Shown in pieces: positions 45,683-59,100 of a stretch of DNA of 64,000 nucleotides; positions within the stretch are counted from its first letter, which is position 1, and each line of letters begins with the position of its first letter. The stretch is from the NCBI GenBank assembly GCA_905178155.1, contig CAJINV010000011.1:3499077-3563076 (forward strand), written 5' to 3'. Under the pieces are notes generated by a model. It was given only the letters and a program-made list of their open reading frames with translations, was not told where the DNA came from and did no database searches. The position numbers were made by a program, and so were the translations under genes. Origin of the DNA: Amoebophrya sp. A120 (Eukaryota; Protista; Dinoflagellata).

Positions 45683-46868
45683 TTCTATTTCATTCTTAAA
45701 ATTACTATAGGGGACGAGGGTATAGTATTTTAGTATTTCATTCCTTCCTAAACCTAAAAATCATGCTAGTAATGCTGACTTTCAGAAGTGGAAGAAGGCC
45801 AAGCTTTGTACATGATATAATTTTTTGTGCTGCATCTTGGTGCATAATTTTCGCCTGGACAACAAGGTCAAGGACAAGGCTCCGAGTGGTACAACGGTTG
45901 ATATTTTTCATTATGACTTTTCGACTTCATCTTGAACTTTCAGGTTGAAGGAGTGCAAAATCCGAAACATTTTGTTTTTCCGAGATGGTTGTCCTCGTCG
46001 CAGTCGGAGGTTTTTCGCGCATCAGACGCTGAGCCACCTCCTCGTGCGGTTTTTGATAGGAGCCAGAAAATAATAATAAACTTTATCTGGTCGTCGATGA
46101 GATGACACGCTGGTCATCAGAATCTCGCACGACCAAAACAACACTCTATCTAACTCGAGGAAGTACCACGCACATCTTTTGACGCAGTTTTGGATCAATT
46201 ATATTCGGAAGCACTTCCTCACTAGCGGGAAGTGCAATTTTGGAATATTACGAACAGCAACGGAAAACACACCCTTATTCACCATCGTCAATGTTGGGGA
46301 TGGAATGATGTCTATGCGCTGCCTGTGCAGAGCCCGGATTCAACAGAGGGAGCAGCATGAAGCATGCGGCTTCTTGAAGATGGACACTCTGTTCCTCGTC
46401 CCACTGCATATCGAAGTAACAAAGCAATTTTGATAAGTACTTTTTGTTTTCACGTTTTTCACTACGTGGGCAGGGCCCTCTTGCAAATACCATACACATT
46501 TTACTCCACTGGAGGACAGAGAAAGGCGTCGAGGCGACCCGGACTCAAAGTTGCCGTCTTTATTCCTGAAGAACTAGATGAGCGCCAAAACCAAATGGAC
46601 AGAATAGAGTATTAAATAACTGCGATAAGGAGCGTCAATGCAGCCGCTCGAGAGGACAAGAACTCCTGAGCGCCTGTTGCTGCTTTTGTCCAAGGAAATG
46701 TAGAAGAGCGGAGAGCTGGTGCGAGTCGTATACCCACCTTCAAGGTCGTTTTCTTTTTCGTGTAGATATTCATCTACTAGAAAAACCACTAAGATCATGC
46801 GATCCATTTTTACGGTTCATCGTCGTGCACTAGTAAAACTGTAAATTCGACGAAACCAAGAAAGACTT

Positions 46869-49800
46869 ATGGACGACGTCGACGAGCTTGATATGATAAG
46901 GGCTGACTTTAGTGCGCCATCTCCTTTGCAGTCCACAGGCATGCTTGCACCCTCGCAAACTACACGAGACTTCTGCGGTCCGTCTAGTCGTGAGGAAGCT
47001 CCTGCCCTCTCATCGTGGTCTCAAGAAACCTCCAAGGCCGCAGAAGTGGCTGGCGCCGGTGCCGAATCTTGCGAACTACAGAGTAAAAATCGGGCGGAGC
47101 ATGATCATTTTCAGCATGATCCGGATGTTGAAATACTTTTCGAGGAAAATGGGTTTCAAGCGTTATCTGTTACTTCAACGAAGAAGTCCACAACTGGAAA
47201 GACCGCTACTTCCACTATCCCCGGTCCTCGTCCTCTGCACACGAAACAGATCAAGCTGGCACCACTGACGAAAAAAGTTGTGCAGACGCCGACCACCACC
47301 GCATCAAGCTCCGCTGGCAGTGAGCAAGAACCTCCAAAGTGGTCCAGCAACGATAACGAACTCGACGGCCCGTGCGGTGGAGTGAAGACCCGAGCTAGCA
47401 CTTTTTCGTCGAAGAAGAACTCCAGTACCAGCGAACCACGCGCCGCCGAGCACGAGCTGCATAACAGTAGTACTACACCAGAGGATCAAGAACGACCCGA
47501 AAAGACAGATGATAATTTTGCCCGTACTACTACGGTTCTTGCGAACCCCAATAAAGCCCCGTCCACAACGAGTACCTTTCGAGCGGACGTGAGCAGCATA
47601 CTTTTCGGGGGGTCGGCAGCTACTTCGTTCGGAGCTTATTCCGCCACTGCGACCGGACACCCGGGCCACGACCGTAGCAGGTCCGCTACTTCTGGAATAA
47701 GCGGAAGGAACATCACCAGGCATGATAGTACGCATAGAGACGAAATCTCCGACGAGTCCGATGTGAATGAGGAGTCGTTTGAGAATTCTTCTGCTGCAAA
47801 TAAGGCGCGGCACGCTCGTGTGCTTACTCCCGCGGATTCAGCAGGGGCTGGCGAAAACCGAAAAGCTTCGTCGCTTTTACCGCCACCCGTGCCTGTCGGG
47901 GTTGTTGCAAGTTCATCTGGTAGCGGAGCAGCATCCGCGTTCTTCCGAATAGAAGAGGAGGACCCCGCTCGGAATGGTCGTGGTGGAAGTGATGATGGTG
48001 CAGCCCACTACAGCACTTCTCAAGAGCAGCAACAAGGCTCACCTTACATGAAACCGTCAGGAGGAGCTGCAGGCATTGGTTCGAGGACACGCATAGCCGC
48101 AACCAGACCCGCGGAAGTTCTGTTGCAATCCGGAGCAGGACATCAACACTCGGAAACGAAAGCTGTTCTGCCTCCTTCCGAGGGCCCAGAAGACGAAGAG
48201 GAAGGGGGGCAGGAAATGGTCTCGCAGCTCCCATCCTGGCATTTCGCGCACGGTGCCATGACCCGAACAACTGCAGCAAGCCGGAAGAACAGCGTCGAAC
48301 AAAGTAGTTCATCTACTGTGTCTGGTCTAGCGCGGCGTAGGCAGGTTACCACAAGCACTTCTTCTACGCTAGGAGTACTGTGTAACGAGAGAGGGGCACA
48401 GCAGCAACACCACCCAACTACGTCCTCCGACACGTCGTCCTCGCCGGGCTTGCATGTAGCCCCGAGAAGCCACTTGCGCCAGGAGTCAAGTGTGAAGGAG
48501 AAGTCCAGCACGGTTTATGCTTCATCTTCCAACGAGCACGCGGAACGAATAAATACTGTGCCGGGGGCAGACCGCCGACAAGAAAGAACCACAGAAAAAG
48601 AAGAACATGGCAATAATGTCGTGGGCGATCGGGGCAAAGCTGATGAAAAAAAGTTGCAGTTGGACGATCCGCCACCCAAGACCGCAAATGAGACGAGAGC
48701 TGGCGTGCCAGTCAGTCTGCTGAACGACCTTTACGACAACGATTTAGTACCATGGACGACGGCAACCCAAGCTCAAGAGCTGGGTACAGCTGCAACTACC
48801 GGCGATGTGTCGCCGATGCTGGACTTTCAGTGCGGCGAACAGCAAGCTTCATCCACCAACACCCCAGTCCTTTTGAAAAAGCAAGGCGACCACGACCATA
48901 AAGAGCAGCTTGTGCTTCTATCCGAGCATCCATCTTTTTCAACAGGTCAACAGATCATGCCGAAAAGGATGGTATTAGCCCCACCCCAGCAAGTAGAACA
49001 AGCGACGACGCAAGAAGACGACAGAGACGAAGTAGGAGGTGGAGAAGCAACAGTGCCACACTATGTGCAGCCGGTTGACCAGCAACCCCAACCACATTTT
49101 CTCGATCGAGGAGAAGAATCGAACGCAGCTGCGACTGTGAACGCCCACACCAAATACACCGAGTCGAAAACCAAAACAAGTCCTGGAACTGTGCTCTCGA
49201 CAAACGCAAGTGCAAATACAGCCACTTCGCGCTTCGGTACGACTTCTACGGGCACGACTGCTGCCTCTGGCACGATGCAAAATAAGCCCCTTAGAACGCT
49301 TGCTTTCGACGTCCTCGAGGACAACTCGACAACTGGAGAGGAAAACACGAACACGCTGGAGCACGCGGACGGTGCGCAGCACAACTCTTCGGTGCTGGTG
49401 AACATGAACTGCTATGATCGGCGAGAAGTAGATCGGAAGAGTTCCGACCCCGCTGCGCACGGAAGGTCTACTTCCTCGTCCGCAAACAGCACGCCGATGC
49501 TACCGCCCCCGACGCTCCTTGCCAATAACGATGTTGATGAATCGCCGCGGAGCTATTTGCCAGAAGTAGAAGAGAATCATCTTGTACATCAACCGGGCGC
49601 TCGCAGTTTGAGTTCTTGTGTGGACATAATGAAGAACTGGGACGAGGAGAAATACGTTCGCACGAAACAAGACTACCACGTGGAGCAGCAGAGCAAAGCG
49701 CATCTTCTAGCGGGCCACGAGGGCCGCAGCTCGAATGATCAGGAAAGCGACGGGTTGCAGGAGCTGCACCCATTTGACCAGAGTAGTCCTGGTGGCGGCG

Positions 49801-52235
49801 GTGGATTCGTGGGGTCGGAGCTCGCGGTGGACAATTTGCCGGAAGTAGAAGCTGCGTCAACCTCATCTAAAGTAGAACCACGTGCCGACATCGAAGAAAT
49901 AATCGTGTTGGCAAGGAAAATTTACTCATCTCTAGCGGAGGAGAAGGAGAGCGAAGACTTTGGTGGCGCAGTTGTCAAAAAACCGTCTTCAAGCAACGGC
50001 AGGTGGTTTTCCGAACAGGAAGACAAAATGGATCTACCACGGATGAAGAACATTTCACGCGACGCCGACGTGCAAGACCTTCTCCCAACTCCGCAGGCGG
50101 TGCAAAGTCACGCGCTGCTGCGGTTAGTCGAACGAAAAGCTCTAGCGGTGCAAAAAGCCGGTTTAGACAGGTGGCGGCTGCGGGATACGGCGAAGCAGGT
50201 GCTAGATGCACAGCGCGACCGCTTGGAGAAATTTTTCATTGCGCAACAAGGAAAGAACAACAATTCCTTCATACGCCTTGACCGAGCGAAATTTGCCGTG
50301 AAAGTTGTATCGCCAACAACATCATCGTGTGAAAATGAGAATGAAATCGTAAAAACCTGTCTCATTTCCGGCCTTTTCCTGCGTCACACTTTCTTCTGCT
50401 GGCGGTCCCTAGCGGCCGAGCACCGCAGAATGCGACGGCAATTCGCCATCGTCGGCGTGGTCACGGCGCTCGACAAGCTAGTTCGAAAAGCGGTATGGCG
50501 GACTGGGTGGAAGGAGCTTGCACGCCCAGTGAACGACCAAACGTCTTCTTGTCCGTCTAGAAGTTTTGTTCCGGCGTTTTCTCCCGCCACGACAGCCGCC
50601 TCGCCCTCAGACGCTGAGTTGCAGTCCTACCAACACCAGCAGCAAAGTTTTTCATCCGCGCGAATGAGCAATTCGAGCCGACCGTCCTCCATGCCATCCG
50701 CCGCGGGTCCCGTCCGTGGCCAGCACGGGTTGGTCGACTTACGCCTACACGATCAGAACTTTCGCGGCAACGATCCGCTGCTATCTTCCCAGCGTGGTCA
50801 TCTTCGTGGGAACACCAGCGGCCGTGCATCGTCAAGTGGCGCACCCTCGCCAAACCGCAGCGGTGGAAGACCCCCACCCCTAGTGTATAATTCCTCGTCT
50901 AGTAGTAGTCTCACGCCCAACCGCAGTGGCCGCTCCCGGCTTCCGTCCCTTTCTGCGCGGAGTAACGCGCGGGACATATGAATTGCAACTGTATCGTATT
51001 CCTCGTGCTAATCGTACTCAGGCATGACAGATCGATCTCTTACCTAATCCAGCATGAGAAACTGCGTTTTGGTTCTTGGAAATTTGTGATGCAAATCGTA
51101 CTAGTACGATGCTTTTGCAATGCATAGGGCAGTTCCGTGGACAATTTTTCGGAGTCGAATTTCAGTCGGGCGGAATCTGGCTGGACCGGCGTCTCCGCGC
51201 AGGAGTGGGAGGACCGGTATACCCAGTTGCAAACGGAACTGGAGCTGTCGAAGGCGGAGCTTTTGCTGCAGCAGAAGATCTTCGACGAAGAGAAAAAAGA
51301 AATTTTGAAGAAATCAAAAAACGGCGGTGGATCATTATACGGGCCACCTGGTGCTGGAGCAGCGGCCGGCGGCCTCTCGTCTTCCACGACTTTTGGCCTC
51401 TCCTCCTTCGGCCAGCGCGAAGCGGAGAGGATCAGAAAAGAAACCGTCGTTTTGCAGAAGTTCCAATGGGGCCGGGGGGTTTTGTCCCGGAAACTCAATT
51501 CGGCGAAGTGCATGAGCAGGATCTTTCTCTTGCTGGAGCCGACGGTGAAAAAATCTTCGAAAGGCGGCTCATCGTCAAAGCAGCAGGATTTGGCGTTTTC
51601 TTGGTCCGAAAGAACACGGTTTATGACGAAAACGACGAAAAAAGTGTCACTGGACAAGAGCTCGGCGCGAGGTATGAGGCTGGAAATTTAATACGTTCTG
51701 CGTTTCCTTGGGTTTTGGTTTTGCTGTCGTGAATTCAAAGTATTTGCGTTGTATTAAATCGAAAAGCTAGGCGCGCTACGCAACAAGCACCAATTGCGAA
51801 CGCTATCCCGCCAATCTTCATCACCAAGGTCTCTCCCACACTTACCGATCTAGTTGGAAGTTTCTCCCGGATTCCAACCCGGCGCTGGCGTTTGTGCTCG
51901 TCGGCAAGGACCGCGATCTGGAACTGATCGCCCCGACTTTTTCCCAGTTCCTCAACTGGTTTCTCGGCCTCCAGTACCTCATCTTTATCCGGACGAAGGA
52001 CGGGCTGAGCACTCTGACCTGGAACTTCCAGGACAGCGAGGACATCTCCAACCAACTGATCTGGAACGCAACCCGGCGCGCGCCGCTTTTGTTGACCCGG
52101 AGACAGCTAGTGTTCCGCTACGTCCGACGAAAGCTGCTGTTGCAAGCGCGGGGGGACCGGGAACGGCTGCGCTATTGGCTGTTAGTGGCCGTGCAGGAAG
52201 CCGCGGCGACGCTGCTGGGGGTCTATTTGAAATGA
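46869..52235 (+). CDS. Large low-complexity protein with coiled coil and C-terminal PH-like domain
   Basis: Exons 46869-50976, 51132-51671, 51829-52235; C-terminal AFVLVGKDRDLELIAPTFSQFLNWFLGLQYL resembles the last strands and helix of a PH fold. Confidence 0.7.
50977..51126. mobile_element. Introner/MITE family D
   Basis: TATGAATTGCAACTGTATCGTA ... TACGATGCTTTTGCAATGCATA; TSD GGACA/GGGCA; removing 155 nt joins ORF 46869 to ORF 51137 in frame. Confidence 0.87.
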
Positions 52236-53262
52236 GGAAACGCTCACAGCCTCAAAGTTGTCACCCTTGCTAGCGTCGAAATGTTGGAATTTGCTTCCCC
52301 ATACATACGACCGGGACCGTCGTCAACCACACCACAAGTACAGCTCCAAGAGGAAAGAAGACACATGTCGCACATTTGTGTCTGAATGAACGCGCAAAAA
52401 TGCATGTTCCTGCCGCAGCGATGTTAAGTAACGTCTCTGCGTGCCCTCGGAGTATCAGAAGTCACGTTACTCTTCTATGATCGTGGAAGGGGTATTTCTA
52501 TTTCGTTGATCGTTGCGGGTGGTTCTGTGAATGTGATCTTGATCACATTCTCATGAAAAATACTGTTTAAGCTTCGTGTTACTGATGAGTACTGTCGTGT
52601 TACTGATGAATATGTCTTACACCTTGCTGCACTTTGCCTCGCCATTGTCTTTCTTTTGTGATGCTTATCCTTGTCGTGACTGACAATTCCTTCCTGTTTT
52701 TGTTTCATTCGTATTCGTACTTCTTTATCGTATTCGTCGTCCATTTCAAGTTTCAAATCTCATGCTCGTCCACATTCAGATCGTGTTTCGTACAAATATT
52801 TGGTCGCAATTGTCGTTTCTTGCAGGTCGTCTACTCTGTGTTTCCGTTTCGCTAGATTCGTAAATTCCGAAAAAGCAATTTTATCACGCATCACACCATC
52901 GATAAAGAAAAAGAGTGCCAGGTGCTATATTTACAGGTAAAGGCTACAAAGAAAATGAGTCGTAAGGTAAACTAAATGTTTGAAGCGTCCATATGAGTGC
53001 TTTTAGTTCTACCAATGAAGCCGTCCTTGTCCCTTCTTCCCTATAACGCTCTTCATTTGTTCAATGCGAAGCGTATTGTAGGTATTAAGGCAGGATGAAA
53101 AAGCCTGACTACTTTGTCATAATTAATCATAAGTAGCTTGGCACATCACGCGCTCTACTTCCTTGACTTTTACATTTCTTTTTGATGTAGCCAAGTAGAC
53201 AGATCTCCACCGGGACCTGTTCAGGAACCTCTCTCCGACGACTTCTTCCCACAAGAAATAAA

Positions 53263-55213
53263 ATGGCCCACATCGATTGGTTGAAGCTCCTATTTTTCAC
53301 GTCTGGTTGTTTTGTCGGAGTGCAGACTTTTCTCAGCGTTTTTGACTTAATCGACACGGTCGGACCGGCGTACCGCGAAACCGACGACCTCTTTCACAGC
53401 CTCGGGGATGCCAAAGTGCAAGCGGATGCGATCACTGCCACCGCGAACTGGCGCAGACTGCGCCGCGGGGTCGGTGGGGGTGCCGGGGAGACACCCACGG
53501 CCGATATTCTTGCCGTGGTGGAAAAAAAGCGACGCGAAGTCGCCCTGGAGGAACTACTAAAGGCAAAAGGGGACGAGACTGATGTTCCAAAAGCAGAGGA
53601 CATCCAACTAGACCCGCTACCGAATGAAAAGGCGAGGGACATTTTCAAGCTAGGCAAACTCGGGAAAGTGAACTGGCGAATACGGCTGTTTTCCACTACA
53701 GCGCAAATCTTGACCATGACGGGGACGCTCATCGGCCTGTTCATGGCCATACTCACAGCAGGAACAAATATCGCGCAGCTGGTCAGTCTGTATGTGGTGT
53801 TCATCGGGTCATTTTTAACCATGGCCATAGGCGAAGTGTTCGACAACTACATGATTTACGAGGGAATGGTACTACCGAAGGTGGCCGGGCTCACGGATTT
53901 CACGGTATTTATTGAAGTGTCAGCTGCGCCAGTTACACTTTAGTTTCAGTGGTTAGAGCTTCTATGTGCCAATCTGATATATCTTTTTTCAGATATGCGA
54001 CTGGACGAGAAAATCGAAATCGAAATTGCAAAACCACACAGAATCTCATGGCGGGATTTGGTGCGATGTTGTTTTCCTTTCTCGCACTGTATAAGCATGA
54101 GCTGGGAATCACGACGACGGAGTTGGGTCCGCCTAAATCCAGACGCATATGAACTGCAAAAGTATCGTACTAGTATAAATTGCATTACAAATTAACCCAG
54201 CATTGCAAAATTTGTAATGCTGATTTACCTTGAGAACGAGACTTGTAATGCATAAAATACAATTACTACGAGTACGATACTTTTGCTATGCATAACGCAC
54301 CACGCTAGCCAATGTGGAGTACGAGCTCGGAAAGGTGGACATTTCCACGACAGGCGACAACGTAGACGAGCAGAAAGGCTTGTTGAGCGACAAAGTAGGG
54401 CGGCCCTCCTCCACGAACCGGGGGCCGAGCCTGGTGCGGAATCGGTTGCCGAGTGGTCAGATGACGGGAGTAGACTTAGCCACGAGCAGGATCTCGCAAA
54501 CCGCGAAGTTATCAAATGTAAAAATGTCTGGGTCTGGAAGAATGCAACCTGTCATGCTACATCTGAAGCATGCAAAAATCTGTGTTGCATGCTTACCAAA
54601 AGTCGTCCAGTTTTGACCAAGTCAGGAGGGAGTTTCTCATGCAGGATTGGCATGAGAGAGATCGCGCAGTAGAATCTGTCATGCTAGGTCCTGCATTCCA
54701 GATCTCATGGATCATGGAAAAGCTGCATGACAAATCGCGCATTCTTCCAGACCCAGACATTTTTACATTTGATAGAAGTTCACTACTGGCAATATTACTA
54801 GAGAGTCGGATACCTCGGATAGCGAAGAGATGGACTCTGCTGGGTCCGATCCCAGTGGGGCGGAAAACAAGGAGAAGAGAAAGGAAAAGAAGAAGGACAA
54901 AGAGCACAAGAAAAAGGACAAGCCGGCGGGGGACCAAAACAAGGAGCACAAAGGGGATCACAAAGACAAGGAGCACAAAGACAAGGACAAACACGGCGGA
55001 GGTGGACATCACGAGCATAAGGAACAGCACGACCGCAAAAGTGCTCGGGGCGCAAATAAGGTGCTCTCGACGACGCCGGTGGTAGACTCCCCAAACGTCA
55101 TGAGCTTCCAGAACGCGCGGGGACCGTCGACAGGCACCGCGCAGTCAACCGACGCTCTTATCATGCAAGGGAACCTGAATGTGGGTGCAGGGGCAGCGGA
55201 GTTTGAGTTATAG
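53263..55213 (+). CDS. Multi-pass membrane protein with K/H/D-rich tail, unknown function
   Basis: Exons 53263-53904, 54042-54147, 54300-54509, 54780-55213; about four TM segments; one GT-AG intron and two element-type introns. Confidence 0.72.
54148..54294. mobile_element. Introner/MITE family D
   Basis: TATGAACTGCAAAAGTATCGTACTAGTA ... TACGAGTACGATACTTTTGCTATGCATA; TSD ACGCA; removal gives KSRR/TTLANVEY. Confidence 0.9.
54510..54774. mobile_element. Introner/MITE family A
   Basis: Perfect TIR TATCAAATGTAAAAATGTCTGGGTCTGGAAGAATGC; TSD GAAGT; removing 270 nt keeps the frame. Confidence 0.95.
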
Positions 55214-56134
55214 AGCTATTTCTTAGGATAAGTAGCATATCCATATCGTAGGAACCGTACGCTCCTTCGTCTTGTGCTCTTTTTTAGCTGTGCTCTTCTT
55301 CTGCTGTCCTTTACCTGTTTGAGAGTTTACTCTCTGTGCTCTGTCATACTTAGTCGAAATGACATAGATGTGCGTAGATCCATCCCCCGCCCTTAACTCC
55401 CATTACGTCGTGATGGTGCTCATCACAAAACACCTCAAGCACCTTTCTGAGTTGCTTTTCACCCATGCAAGCTCTTGTCGAGCTACAAACATAATATTTC
55501 ATCTTACGATAAGTTTTCGTTCTCCCAATCCTGAGTACATATTTTTTACGGTTCGTAGTTGAACGAACTTCAATCCTGCCAATGCATTTGTCGGCTTTCA
55601 GTTTCAATGCTGCCCTGTATGATGACGAAACAAAAGGTTTTTTAGGTTTCTGAAAAGGGAATCAGCGAAGCTCGACTGCGTAACTAATGCAAGTACGACC
55701 ACACATAAGTGTCATCTGTGTGCCGATTTTTCTTGGCTTCTTTCTATAGTGGGTCAGTGTTCTGGTTCCCGGGTCTTGATGCTAGTTCTCATCGTCCGCA
55801 AGGTTGCGGTACTCGAAGTGGAAGTACAAACCGGCCGGTTGTGAAGGAGAAATTGAAATCATTTTCCTTCGCAGTTTTCATTTTGCACGAGGGCAGAGAT
55901 TTTGATGATGTAGATGTTGCTCTTACCTTTGCGCTTTCCCTGAACAAGAAGATGAGATACAGAGAGACAAAAAAGAATGCAATGTCGCAAAAGGTTTACT
56001 TTCCTTGGGCAACATTGATATGAAGATCCTGCAGCATTGTTTCTATCGTTGCATTCCTTTTGTAGGCCGCTGTTGCAAGTAGAACACTCAGTCACTATCC
56101 CTGCGAACAGAAGCAAGCGAATTGAAATTTTACA

Positions 56135-59100
56135 ATGGCTTCCGTTCCTCCACCAATAACTTCCACAGTCGTGGACTACCGTCTTTTCCTTGGCGGCCCG
56201 AAGAAGAATTGTGAGCAATTGGCCACGCACCCGGTGCTGGGGAAAGACGCGTTCACGTTTAGTCACATCAAAAAAGCCAGAAAAGAATCAAAGAAGGCTT
56301 GTGCCGCTAACGGTGAAGGAGCTGCTACTTCGTCCTCTTCCGCCACAAAAGGAGATGAGGACAAGCAGGGAGGAAAACTTGGAGCTTCATCTACGGTTGA
56401 AAGTCAAATGCACCGAAATAAGTCCAGCAAGCGTGTCTTGTCGAAAAGAAAAGATGGACAAGAAACGACACGTAATTTTTCAGGCGCGACGACGCGAGGA
56501 GCAGAGTCGTCAACGGATGATGATGAAGCCCAAATCTTCCCCATTGTTAACGCCCTAGATCCCGTCCGAGGTTTCGGCACGCGTAGTGGTCAGCACGCAA
56601 ACCCGAAAGAACAGGGGGGACGAAACACGACCCTTGCGGGAGTAAAAATTCGGTCCCGCTCAATTTCGGACTTTTTCCAGGTGAAAGATTTACATTGGGC
56701 GACGGAGATCCGGGGCGGCCACCGCGATCCGCTGTACTCGGTGAGCGAGGCGGTTTCCGCGAAGAAGCTGGAGATTTTGCAAACCACGTTGCAGCAATTC
56801 ATCGAGCGGAAAATCGACGCGCAGATTGTGGCTGCGAAGAACGCAAGGAGTGGTGGCGCTCCCGGTGATTTTGCCTCAAGTTGTTCCTCGCCGGCAGAGC
56901 AGGACAGTGAAGATGGTTATTTCGACTCGTTGCTCGGCCCCGCAAAGCAGGTGCACCACCAGCGCAACAAAACGCCAACTTCGAAGAAGATGAAAATAAA
57001 CACATCAAGCAATACGCGACAACGACCCTGGATTCCCGTTCCTGGACTGGAATTGGAAGACCTTCCCTTGCCGGAGAGAACGAAATCCGACCCGAAGCGC
57101 GACGCGGCAAAATTGGCGGACGAGGTGCAGCAGTGTGAGGCGGAACTGTACGACCTGGTTCACGCCCTGGACGAAGTGGAGCAGAGTCGGGAAACATCAA
57201 GAAACGACAAAGCGACCCGGCTAGTGTTGGCCGCACGATCAGAGGCTATGGATGTGGAAGGCACAGGCAGGAATGTTCTTGATCAAATAGAAGACGACGC
57301 CACGCTTTCCGCCAGCCCGCGTCTGGACGGGAAGTCCGAGGTGATTCATTTAGACGAGATGTGGAGCCCGGCGAAACGGCGGTTCAAGGAGATCGAGCAG
57401 CACCGCTTGGAAAATCCGTTCCACCAGGAGCGGCAGCAAATGGAACTGAACCGGTTGCTATGACAGTGCACAACTCCCCCTCCCCCTTATTTGTGTAGCA
57501 TGAACGGCAATACAAGCGCCAGCGACAATGCAGGTTTTGCATCACAAATTTGCACAGGATTGCAGTGCTATTTTTTGGACTGCCAGATCTTGTCATGCAG
57601 CAAACAGTGCTAAGAGGCACAGCCTGGATTGGGCATTTTGCATGACAAATGAGGGAGAGAATGACCTTCCACGCCACGAAACCCGCCTCACCAGCATACG
57701 ATTGGCATTCCGCAGAAGTATCTTACCTCCGCGGTTCTATGGTTATCCCATTAGCTCGAGCCTCCTTCACCCACCGGGATACACAAGTTGCTCCTGGAGG
57801 CCCATTCTTCTCTCCGACCGGGCCGCGCCATCACCTGCGCCTTGTGTGCAGCTGGACCATCACGACCGAAACTCTCTCGCTGACGTCCTGCTGAGTAGTA
57901 ATCCTTCAGATTTCCGCACTCCGGCATCCACCAACCAGCTCCAGTGTTGCAGTGGCGATTAACTTCAAGTTTCTACCTTCCGAGATCCAGGCGCTCCCAG
58001 CTCGTCGTGCCCTTAGCTCAGCAGCGGATCCTCTCGGGTTGTGGCCTTTCCTCAGAGGTGGGGTTGGGCTTGGGGCGCCAGGCGAATGGGCGGCTTCGCA
58101 GCTACGTTGTGATCGACAAACTGAGATCGACGGTAATAGTTGCGTTGCTGGTCCTGTGCCAGTCGCGGGGCATGTTCGGGTGTTCCGGGCTGTGCTTTGT
58201 GCACCCCTCGGACCCCGCACCCCCCCGGGCTCGGTAGCGCAGTCTGTTAAGCATGACAAATGAGGGGGAGGGGGAGTTGTGCACATTCATAGTTGCGGGA
58301 CAAGTATTACGGGCATTGGGAGAAGGAAATACGCAGGAAATCAGTCGACGGAAGTAGAATGGAAGAGCTCTTAATCCACCCGGAAACCGGGCAGCGCATG
58401 CTCCGGTCCAGCGGGATCTTCCAACCCCGGGAGCCGCTGCACAGCGGTAGTAGAAATAACGACAATTGTCCCACCTCCTCGCGATCTCCAAAAAGGATAA
58501 CAAAAGGTGGCACAACCGCGAACCAAAGGAGCAAGAAACCCGACCCGCGGACCGCCAGCGCGGAGGACCTGTTTTCCGCAACGCTGCGCGGCCTCGAGTT
58601 TTCCTCTGCGGGCTTGGAACTCAACAAGAACGACAAACGGCTGCTATCAAGTGCAAAAGTGTCTGGGTCTGGAAGAGTGAAACTTGTAATGCTGTCTACG
58701 GATTCTAAAAATATCTGTGTTGCATGAGCAGTAAGAGGAGTCAGTTCTTGGCACGCGGAGAGGGCATTTGTCATGCGTAATTAGCATCAAGAAGCTCTCA
58801 AAAAATCTGTGATGCTAGCACCAGCATAACAGACCGGATGTGTCATGCAAAATGTGCACGACAAGCCCCGACTCTTCCAGACCCAGACATTTTTACAGTT
58901 GATAGCTGCAGTCGATCAACCAGTCCCTGCAGAACCTCGCGAGCCCGTTGAAACGGGAGCTGCTGAACTCCCGGTCCCTGTCCCCGGAGAAAAAACGGGA
59001 AATCTTGCGGAAATCCCTGCGAAGCCACCTGTATGCATTGCAAAAGTAGCGTACTCGTAGTATTAATTGCAGGCATGCATGACCAATCTGGTTCTTTAGC

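Noticed and set aside
51851-53992. Alternative acceptors TAG at 51853 and CAG at 53992
   Set aside because: They put the downstream exons out of frame; acceptors at 51828 and 54041 give continuous frames.
57661-58250. Transposase or reverse transcriptase inside the long element
   Set aside because: Only short ORFs, with no DDE, RT or tyrosine-recombinase motif that I can recognise.
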